NCBI RefSeq assembly: GCF_036588685.1
Contig: NC_086383.1
Span: 70,990,001 to 71,054,000 of the forward strand
From: Mytilus trossulus
Lineage: Eukaryota
Direction: 5' to 3'
DNA length: 64,000 nt
Part shown: one piece after another, positions 10,221-19,547 of the stretch
How positions within the stretch are numbered: position 1 is the stretch's first letter
Layout of the letters: every line of letters starts with the position of its first letter
The notes under the pieces: model-generated
Seen by the model: the letters and a program-made list of their open reading frames with translations, nothing else
Database searches by the model: none
What the model was told of the DNA's origin: nothing
Made by a program: the position numbers and the translations under genes

Positions 10221-10245
10221 GTTTTATATCATAGGATGTATAAGT

Positions 10246-11508
10246 TATAAGCTATGCAAGTCGGAAACCAGAACCGGTAAACGGGGTGAAGCAGCATTCA
10301 GACGGACTATTAAAAAGAGACAGAAGCACAAAAACACATCAGTGTGAACCATTGGACTTTGGGCAAAACATTTTCCCACCGTATTTAACCAGCCCCCCCC
10401 CCCTTTTCAAAAAAAAATCCGGAGAAAAAAGGGGGGATACATTTTCACTGAATGAATTGTATTTGGACAACAAATATTTGTTAACTTTTGCAACAGTGAG
10501 AAGCAGATTTAATGTAAAAAGAATCAAAAACAAAGATTGAAATGAAGAAAAAATAAATTAAAATAAAGTAATAAATAAGGGTTCTCTTTTGAAGACATAT
10601 TAGCATAGCGTTTAATGGATGTTAGTACAAGATCTAATATGCGTGTTTCCTACTCCCTATCTACCTTATATTTTAAGTTTAGTCATAGCATACCTTAAAG
10701 ATTTTTTTTAATTTTTTTTATCATTTTCCAATCAGCACAGATTTTCTCAGTCTCCCGGCCATGTACGTATACACTAGTAGGCTACGTTTGTGTGTGTGGT
10801 TAAGTTGCTGTCATTTCAATATGAAAATAAGGAAGGAGATGTGGTATGATTGCCAATGAGACAACTATCCATCATAGTTCAAATGAAATGGATGTAAGCA
10901 ATTAGACAACTGTATACCGTGAACCTACAATTCACGCGATTCCTGTTATCAGAGAAATAACTTTTTCTAACTTTTTGTACCACTGTCCGTCCATCCATCC
11001 TTGTTTTTGTTCATCACAGTAGTCACATGTGACGTCACTGTATTGTTTCGGGTTTATTCACCTCGCGTGCTGTCGACAGATTAAAACGACATAGCAAAGA
11101 TACAGTCAAGTCGTCACACACTAAATAACAGAGAGAAAAAAGAAGAGAAAAATCACAGGACAACCATTTGAAAGAAACATAGAAACAAGTAGGTGCTTTT
11201 ATTGTATACACGAGTAAAACAAAGGTGAAATTCGAAAGGTAGAGAATAGTGAAATTTGCATAATAAATCGCAGGTAATAAAATGACAAAACAATTGCAGA
11301 ACTGTTAAATGTTGAACAAAAACCTCCGTACTTTAGAGTTTCCTTCTAAATTTTAATACACAATATTATTGTAGTAATTTTGACAAATAATTAATAAAAA
11401 AAAAAAAATAACAGACAAACGTCACTGCATTCATTTGCTACTAATCTGATTTTGACGATACGTTATACATCTTTTGTGTACATTTTAACAGTTTATTTAT
11501 ATAGTACT
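10246..11508. repeat. Diverged terminal copy of the H1 spacer, continued at 14793 after an insertion
   Basis: Colinear with ~17113-18340 of the canonical unit, with many indels and substitutions. Confidence 0.92.
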
Positions 11509-12112
11509 AAAGACATAAGACATAAGACATTTTATTTCACTAAAGCCCCCACATGGGGTATGTTAGTACAACATTTTTTAACAAACTATAAAAGTATGAA
11601 CATATTTACATATTTACATTAGAACATGGTTAACAAAGGTGCAATAATAGTATATATAATTAATACAGATATTTGACAGGAAGTACAAAATATAGTAACA
11701 TGATTAAGCACATGTATTAAAAGGTTATAATAACACTTTTACAAAATTTTGCTATTCCAGTAAGTGTGAATAAATCTGATGTATTCATCAATTCTTTAAA
11801 TTTTAAAACATTTGGGTTTTTACATATATCTAAAGGTAAAAATTTAGCTCTAACATTGTTGAAAAAGGTACATTTGAATAAGTAATGGAACTCATCACCA
11901 AGTTCATTAGCATTACAAAGATTACAATGTCTTTCAGATCTATCAATATTAAAAAATCTCCCCGTTTCAATGGGCAATTTATTACTAAGGCAACGGAATT
12001 TACATAAATACATTCTTAGATGAGATGGTAACACAGTTAAATATTTCTCAAAACAAAAATCAGACTTGTATATTCTGTAATTAAGACATTTTGCAGAATT
12101 CATAACATTATT

Positions 12113-14158
12113 GAGGGGGGGCAAGGGGTTTAGCTGTTATGCTGTTATGGGGCATTTTAATTCTTTGTTATCTGTTATTCTGAAAATCTATTTTCTGTTA
12201 GCTGTTATTGTCTTATTCTTTGTTAGCTGTTATTGGGCTTTGATTTTTTTTGTTATCTGTTATTGTGATAATGTATTTGCTGTTAACTGTTATTGAAGAT
12301 TGGAATGTTAGCATTTTTTGACAGCCAAAATTCGGTCGAAAATGAAGATCATTGGATATTGGGGTCTACCACTACTAATATATTGGTCCTGTATTCAGAG
12401 GATTCAATTAACATATACCCATCACAGAAGTGAGGTCCAGGACAATTCCAGTATATCTTATGATTTTCCTTTGTAATACATTCCATTTTTTTTGGAACAT
12501 TTATTTAGAATTATCTTAATTTTTTTTTGTATAAGGATAATGATCCTTGTTTCCTGTACGAATATATTAAATTAGAACAATTTTTAATAGGACAAAAAGA
12601 AAAACATATGGTCAGGAATATCTGACAAGGATCTCAATGAAGGACTAGGATTTACAACCTTACAACCAGTTAACCTTTTATATTATATTGTACATGTGTA
12701 GACTAAGCTCTTTTCAAAGCAGAACCAAATACATTGTACAATGAAAGTTCCCACGATATACTGGGTTCCGAAGCTGCACATAACTCATTACAAACAAAGA
12801 TTTAGTGAGTCTCCATGCCATTGTTACCCTACTTAACTATGTATTTTACTTACTAGTAGACTTAATACAATCAAAAACCTGATAAAAATTGTTTAAATAA
12901 GGCCTTTGAAAATAGTGGAATAAATTACGTTTGTAGTGTCAAAATTGGTTCGAGGCACTTGATAAATTGCATGCTTATAATCGGTGCTTTTGATTTTTGT
13001 ACCCTATATACAACTTTTACCTCAGAATCTAATATATAAACTCTTTTAGGTAGTTTTTTTAGTAGCAACAAACACAAGAACTATGTCAATTGGACCTACT
13101 TTGATACCAACACTTCCCTTGATTTTTACTAGATATCATTTTTGTCTCTTAGACATATTCCTCATTTCCATTCTTAATTTTATTACACACTATTTAAATT
13201 ACAAGCATGTGTGAGTTTCTGTTTAACTGTACAAAAATAAATGTTAAAAAGTGTTCTATAACAAACAAACAGTTACGCCATGAGCACATGATACGCCCGT
13301 CACCTTTTAGAAATATTCGATAACTTCAAAATCAGTCAACATATATCATGTATATAAACAATACATCAAAGTTTCATGAGAACTGCTTAAAACATTTTTG
13401 AGTTATTGTCCGAAAACTGGAAAATACAATTTTTTAATGAATAACCCCCTTAACTGAATAACATAAAATCGAAAATTTATAAAAATCAAAAGAGCTTATA
13501 ACAATCACAGATATACACAATTCAACAAAATTTCATGAGAACTGCTAAAAACGTGTTTGTGTACATGTGAATGTCCGAAAACTAGAAAATCCCCCCTTTT
13601 TGATTAAAAAAAAACCCTTAACTCGAAAACGTAAGATCTAAAATTTATAAAAATTAAAAGGGAGCTCATATCAATAGATATTAACAATTCGCAAAAATTC
13701 CTGGCAAACTTGTGAAAGGATTTTTGAGATATTATCAGAAAACTGAAAAAAAACACCATTTTTGTTTAATAAAACCCCATTACTCAGAAACTTAAAATCT
13801 AAAACTCATATAAAACAATAGGGAGCTCACGTCAATAGATATAAACAATTCCTCAAAGTTTTATGTAAATTGGTTAAAGAGTGTTTGAGTTAATGTCCGA
13901 GATGTTGACGAAGGACGAACAAGAATATACCATATACATTATCTAGATACAAAATTATAAAAACCATGTTCAAAGAAAATGGAATACATTACAAAAAAGT
14001 ATACCAGTAATAAGAAATACTGGATTTGTCAAGGACTGGACTTATTTTAAAATTTAATTTACTGTTATCTGTTTTTGTCCATTTTAATTCCTTGTTATCT
14101 GTTATAAGCCAAATCAATTTTCTGTTTTGCTGTTATTGGGACCCCCCTTGCCCCCCTC
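12113..14158. mobile_element. Non-autonomous TIR DNA transposon nested in the LINE
   Basis: TIRs GAGGGGGG(G)CAAGGGG / CCCCTTGCCCCCCTC, with ATTATT duplicated at 12107-12112 and 14159-14164. Subterminal TGTTA(T/G)CTGTTAT arrays occur at both ends. Removing the element rejoins the LINE frame (…NWSNN-VMNSAKC…). Confidence 0.9.
13263..13963 (-). mobile_element. HINE/Helentron-like MITE with ~3.5 copies of a ~160-bp central repeat, nested in the DNA transposon
   Basis: SubTIR ATACGCCCGTC (~13291) with an adjacent hairpin. Repeats anchor at AAAGTTTCATGAG-like motifs near 13372, 13531, 13698 and 13858. A GACG/GGAC microsatellite remnant lies near 13907-13920. Confidence 0.7.
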
Positions 14159-15099
14159 ATTATTACTCCAGTTCAACATAAATTTATTACTTAAACATTT
14201 CTTGACATTCTTACTAATATTATCAGATTTAGCAATTATTTGATTTACCCACATCAAATTAAATCCACATTCATATAAAGTATTTTTAATTTCTAACAAC
14301 CATTTAGAGTGGTAGATACCCCTTTTACTAAGCTGATACAATATAGAATACAGTGTATATGATTTTTTTTTTCTCTTTTACCACACATGATACGTTGCCA
14401 GAAACCAACCATTCTAGCTTTAATAAGAATTCTCCATAAATCATACAATGAGCAGTACTTTTTTTAACATTCAAAATTATTTTACAAAATTGCATATGCA
14501 AGTTTTCTATAATATTACAATTTTCAAAACCCCAAACTTCTGCACCATATAACAAAATAGGTACAACCATTGTATCAAATAGTTCTAATTGCATATCAAT
14601 TGGTAAATTCAACTTCCTAGCCTTTCTTAAGACTATAAACATGGCCTTTCTTGCTTGCTGTACAAGATGTGCTTTGGTGTCACTAAAATTAACCTTACAT
14701 GAAAATATAATACCAAGGTATTGAAAATTTGTAACAATATTGAGGCTTTCACTACTATATTTAAAGTGCATATTATCTGTGTTAAGTCTAGATACTGAAA
14801 AAAAGTACTGAGTTTAATTTTAGAGTTACCTCCCCGTTGACTAGTTGATATGAAATAGTGAGCCAACCTTTGACTTTGCATACGTGTAGAAAAAGTCCAA
14901 CTAAAAATGTCAGTCAAGTTGAACACGAAGAAGAAGAGAGAAATGGAAAAACTCATATAATGACAAAAATGATTTTTCGGTTGAAGGTTAGCTGTGTGAT
15001 TTTGACCCCCTTCCCCATTAAAAAAGAGCACAATAAAACCCTAGCATGACTTCCTATTTTCGTAGATTGTCATTCTAACGAAAACTGATTAGAAAAAGT

Positions 15100-15105
15100 T
15101 TTATT
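15100..15105 (-). terminator. Candidate AATAAA polyadenylation signal ~280 nt downstream of the H1 stem-loop (present in every unit)
   Basis: Plus-strand TTTATT. An ATTAAA also occurs at 15143-15148. The AT-rich background weakens the call. Confidence 0.45.
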
Positions 15106-15365
15106 CAGTTCTAACAAGTGCGTGAAAATACACTGATATAACTTTAATGGTGCCTAACTACACTAAAAATATCCAAAAAAACAGCTGCATACTTAGGTGT
15201 TAGAAATAGTATAGTCATAAGGAGTGAAATAAAACAAACAATGGAAATAATTTGACCCAAAAAAAATATTTCAGAGACCAGTGCAAAGTTCAGAGAAAAG
15301 TAAAGAAAAGGGTAGGGCTCAGCTAGATTTAGTTTGATAACTAATGAATGTACAACAATTGTAGA

Positions 15366-15402
15366 TTCTTTTTGAATAAATTGGGTAGCCCTTAAAAGGG
15401 CT
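15366..15402 (-). terminator. Histone 3' stem-loop plus purine-rich downstream element (repeated in each unit, e.g. stem-loop at 18913-18928)
   Basis: CCAAA-AGCCCT-TTTA-AGGGCT-ACCCA (stem-loop 15387-15402), followed by CAAAAAGAA (15366-15374). Confidence 0.92.
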
Positions 15403-15445
15403 TTTGGTGGCTGAATAGCCTCTGCAGACTGAAGTCTGGAACAGT

Positions 15446-16021
15446 TTACTTCTTCTTTGGTGTCTTCTTGGCTTTTGGTTTGGCTGCCTTCTTTTTGGCT
15501 GGTGACTTGGCTGCTGGCTTCTTTGGCTTGGCTGCTTTCTTTGCTGCTGGTTTTTTTGCTTTTGGTTTGGCCGCCTTTTTCTCTCCAGCTGGTTTCTTTG
15601 CTGCTGGCTTCTTTTTCTTGGGTGTGGTCTTTGCCTTCTTAGGCTTGGCGGCCTTAGGTTTGGCTGCTTTTTTTGCCTTTGCTGGCTTCTTTTTAACCAC
15701 TTTAGCCTCTCCAATTCTGAAAGAGCCGGATGCTCCAGTTCCCTTGGACTGCTTCAAACTGTTGTTCTTAACTCCGGCTCTGAGTGCTAGTTTTAAATGA
15801 GCATTTACTGACTTGGCATCTTTTCCGACGTTGAAGTTGGCCATGATGTACTTCAGAATTGCTTGCCTTGAGGAACCTCCACGTTCTTTCAAAGCGGCGA
15901 TGGCTTTTCCAATCATCTCGCTGTATTTAGGATGTGCGGAAGGCTTCTTTGGCTTGGCTGCTGCCTTTTTCTTTGGTGATTTAGCTGGTGCTACTGCTGG
16001 TGCTGCTGTTGCGTCTGCCAT
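15446..16021 (-). CDS. H1: Linker histone H1, H1.0/H5-like orphon type (edge copy)
   Basis: 191 aa, intronless. Globular domain HPKYSEMI...GGSSRQAILKYI...LKQSKGTGASGSFR, Lys/Ala/Pro-rich tail with S/TPxK sites, TATA box and histone stem-loop. Confidence 0.98.
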   Translation of the reverse strand: MADATAAPAVAPAKSPKKKAAAKPKKPSAHPKYSEMIGKAIAALKERGGSSRQAILKYIMANFNVGKDAKSVNAHLKLALRAGVKNNSLKQSKGTGASGSFRIGEAKVVKKKPAKAKKAAKPKAAKPKKAKTTPKKKKPAAKKPAGEKKAAKPKAKKPAAKKAAKPKKPAAKSPAKKKAAKPKAKKTPKKK

Positions 16022-16103
16022 TTTGAATGATTCAAAATATTATCCTTTACGAAGTTTATACTACGAATAACGATTTGAAAATAACGCCATTCCAGGCCTC
16101 GTT

Positions 16104-16198
16104 TATTTATAACAGACGAACGCGGACCTCGACGAAGACACCCTTAAAAATAACTTGTAAAATCCATTACGCGATCTCGGTAAAATGATTATGTGCTT
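16104..16198 (-). promoter_or_regulatory. H1 promoter: TATA box, H4-box-like GGTCCG, H1-box-like AAGCACA (repeated in each unit)
   Basis: Minus strand: TATAAATA (16104-16111), GAGGTCCGCG (16121-16130) and AAGCACA (16192-16198). There is no CCAAT in the usual position. Confidence 0.8.
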
Positions 16199-17844
16199 CT
16201 TCGAAGACTTTTATGATAATTTATAGTATAATTCTATCAAAAACATTCACATATAGCATACCAAATTGCTCAACAGTCATTAATCTTGCATGTTAGATAA
16301 ACTGTGTATTTTTCGATGTACACAGTAAAAAGATATTAATAGTTAAAGTAGAACCGACTGAATTGTCTTCGCAGGTATGTTGACAGAAAATTTACGAGTT
16401 TTTCTCATTACACAAATATTCTATCGTCATAAAATTGTACAGCGGAAGAAAAATCATTTCTCTCTAGGTTTCTTTCCGTTTTTATTCACTGGAAGCATGT
16501 TCCTCCTCGTAATAAGTTTGTTTCCAGCTAGAGGGAAACACACAAAAAGTTCACGCGCCATTGTTTAATTGCAGATTTTTACTAAAACTTCAAATAACAT
16601 TTTTATTCAACCCGAGCGAAATTTCGCAAACATTCAAGATTCGAATGAACAAACCCAATATCTAGAATACGAATTTGAAACATCTTTTTATTTAATTTAG
16701 CGTTGGGAACTTTTCAGAGAGCGACTTTGTTTTCAGTGGGTCTCAGGCACTGAACAACTGTTCTGTATGATGCGTATTCGCTTTTATTTCCATTTTCATG
16801 TACAATTTGCGCTCTTTCAAGTCAAAAACTCGAATATGTCTTATAGAATATACCATATTTTTCAACAAAATATATTTAATTAATTTTATTATCAATAACC
16901 GATGATCAGAGCTCAAAGTGGCCTGGCCGCCTGAAAGTTTCGATACAAACAAAAACAAAAACAAAACACGAAGATTTTTGTAGTTTTATAATTCGAAAGT
17001 GGTACATATCATTTGTATCTTAATTGACAATTACAAAAGTTCATTTATTTCCCCTAAAAAAGGGGAATGTGTGTCACAGTGAAGACTCTAGCTATACATA
17101 TGCATTATACCTATATAAGCTATGCAAGTGAACCCAGAACCGGTAACGGGTGAAGCAGCATCCCGTGACACGGACGATTAAAAAGAGACGGAAGGACAAA
17201 AACACATCAGTGTGAACCATTGGACTTTGGGCAAAACATTTTCCCACTGTATTGAACTAAACCGCCAGCCCCTCCCCCTTTTTCCAAAAAAAACAAAATC
17301 CGGAGAAAAAAGGGGGGATATATAATAGGGTTCTCTTTTGAAGACATATTAGCATAGCGTTTAATGGATGTTAGTACAAGATGTAATATGCTGTGTGTGT
17401 GGTTTTCTTCTTCATTAAGGCCAAATAAAAAAGAATATGTGTGCTTCCTACTCCCTATCTACCTTATATTTTAAGCTTAGTCATAGCATACCTTAAAATT
17501 TTTTTTTTTTTTATCATTTTCCAATAAGCACAGATTTTTCAGTCTCCCATGTACGTATATACTAGTAGGCTATGTTTGTGTGTGTCGTTAAGGTGCTGTC
17601 ATTTCAATATGAAAATAAAGAAGGAGATGTGGTATGATTGCCAATGAGACAACTATCCACCATAGTTCAAATGAAGTGGATGTAAGCAATTATAGACAAC
17701 TGTATAGATGATCTTCAAAAATGAGAGAAAAAAACCTATACCGTGAACCTACAATTCACGCGATACCTGTTATCAGAGAAATAACTTTTTCTTACTTTTG
17801 TACCACTGTCCGTCCATCCATCCTTGTGTTTGTTCATCACAGTA

Positions 17845-17861
17845 GTCACATGTGACGTCAC
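17845..17861. promoter_or_regulatory. Overlapping palindromes GTCACATGTGAC / GTGACGTCAC (E-box plus CRE-like), one per unit
   Basis: Seen directly and unchanged in the diverged edge copy (~11022-11038). Function is inferred only. Confidence 0.4.
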
Positions 17862-18971
17862 TGTATTGTTTCGGGTTTATTCACCTCGCGTGCTGTCGAC
17901 AGATTAAAACGACATAGCAAAGATACAGTCAAGTCGTCACACACTAAATAACAGAGAGAAAAAAGAAGAGAAAAATCACAGGACAACCATTTGAAAGAAA
18001 CATAGAAACAAGTAGGTGCATTTATTTTATACACGAGTAAAACAAAGGTGAAATTCTAAAGGTAGAGAATAGTGAAATTTGCATAATAAATCGCAGGTAA
18101 TAAAATGACAAAATAATTGCAGAACTGTTAAATGTTGAACAAAAACCTCCGTACTTTAGAGTTTCCTTCTAAATTTTAATACACAATATTATTGTAGTAA
18201 TTTTGACAAATAATAAATAAAAAAATAAATATATATAACAGACAAACGTCACTGCATTCATTTGCTACTAATCTGATTTTGACGATACGTTATACATCTT
18301 TTGTATTGTGTACATTTTAACAGTTTATTTATATAGTACTGAAAAAAAGTACTGAGTTTAATTTCAGAGTTACCTCCCCATTGGCTAGTTGATATGAAAT
18401 AGTGAGCCAACCTTTGACTTTGCATACGTGTAGAAAAAGTCCAACTAAAAATGTCAGTCAAGTTGAACACGAAGAAGAAGAGAGAAATGGAAAAACTCAT
18501 ATAATGACAAAAATGATTTTTCGGTTGAAGGTTAGCTGTGTGATTTTGACCCCCTTCCCCCTTAAAAAAGAGCACAATAAAACCCTAGCATGACTTCCTA
18601 TATTCGTAGATTGTCATTCTAACGAAAACTGATTAGAAAAAGTTTTATTCAGTTCTAACAAGTGCGTGAAAATACACTGATATAACTTTAATGGTGCCTA
18701 ACTACACAAAAAATATCCAAAAAAAACAGCTGCATACTTAGGTGTTAGAAATAGTATAGTCATAAGGAGTGAAATAAAACAAACAATGGAAATAATTTGA
18801 CCAAAAAAATATTTCAGAGACCAGTGCAAAGTTCAGAGAAAGTAGGGCTCAGCTAGATTTAGTTTGATAACTAATGTACAACAATTGTAGATTCTTTTTG
18901 AATAAATTGGGTAGCCCTTAAAAGGGCTTTTGGTGGCTGAATAGCCTCTGCAGACTGAAGTCTGGAACAGT

Positions 18972-19547
18972 TTACTTCTTCTTTGGTGTCTTCTTGGCTT
19001 TTGGTTTGGCTGCCTTCTTTTTGGCTGGTGACTTGGCTGCTGGCTTCTTTGGCTTGGCTGCTTTCTTTGCTGCTGGTTTTTTTGCTTTTGGTTTGGCCGC
19101 CTTTTTCTCTCCAGCTGGTTTCTTTGCTGCTGGCTTCTTTTTCTTGGGTGTGGTCTTTGCCTTCTTAGGCTTGGCGGCCTTAGGTTTGGCTGCTTTTTTT
19201 GCCTTTGCTGGCTTCTTTTTAACCACTTTAGCCTCTCCAATTCTGAAAGAGCCGGATGCTCCAGTTCCCTTGGACTGCTTCAAACTGTTGTTCTTAACTC
19301 CGGCTCTGAGTGCAAGTTTTAAATGAGCATTTACTGACTTGGCATCTTTTCCGACGTTGAAGTTGGCCATGATGTACTTCAGAATTGCTTGCCTTGAGGA
19401 ACCTCCACGTTCTTTCAAAGCGGCGATGGCTTTTCCAATCATCTCGCTGTATTTAGGATGTGCGGAAGGCTTCTTTGGCTTGGCTGCTGCCTTTTTCTTT
19501 GGTGATTTAGCTGGTGCTACTGCTGGTGCTGCTGTTGCGTCTGCCAT
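18972..19547 (-). CDS. H1: Histone H1
   Basis: Identical 191-aa protein. Confidence 0.98.
   Translation of the reverse strand: MADATAAPAVAPAKSPKKKAAAKPKKPSAHPKYSEMIGKAIAALKERGGSSRQAILKYIMANFNVGKDAKSVNAHLKLALRAGVKNNSLKQSKGTGASGSFRIGEAKVVKKKPAKAKKAAKPKAAKPKKAKTTPKKKKPAAKKPAGEKKAAKPKAKKPAAKKAAKPKKPAAKSPAKKKAAKPKAKKTPKKK

Larger units (their letters stand above)
11509..14792 (-). mobile_element. 5'-truncated, decayed non-LTR retrotransposon (RT thumb plus C-terminal CCHC, RTE-X-like, clade tentative) inserted in the H1 spacer
   Basis: Fragments 14328-14771 (FQYLG, PILLYGAEVWG), 14114-14341 and 11717-12124 (LPIETGR...CNLC...DEFHYLFKC). The 3' end has a CCCC-ATGT-GGGG hairpin, AATAAA and an (ATGTCTT)3 tail. 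TACT is duplicated at 11505-11508 and 14793-14796. Confidence 0.85.

Noticed and set aside
14633-15031. 132-aa ORF crossing the LINE/spacer junction
   Set aside because: Chance fusion of a spacer ORF with off-frame LINE sequence.
15457-16070. Plus-strand ORFs (61, 110, 85 aa) and the alternative-frame 131-135 aa ORF overlapping each H1
   Set aside because: Antisense and frame shadows of the low-complexity Lys/Ala/Pro codons. They recur only because the unit is repeated.
16895-16947. Hammerhead-like words in the H1 spacer (minus strand GAAAC...CTGATCA)
   Set aside because: The core is CUGAUCA and the flanking stems do not pair in hammerhead topology.
16377-18593. Short spacer ORFs (63, 71-73, 105, 63 aa) in each unit
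   Set aside because: No recognisable domains, several non-ATG starts, and lengths expected by chance. Indels alter them in variant units.
16022-18900. 5S rRNA, tRNA, snRNA or core histone genes in the spacer
   Set aside because: I looked because mussel histone quintets can include 5S genes, but found no matching sequence by eye. An Infernal/tRNAscan run would be definitive.
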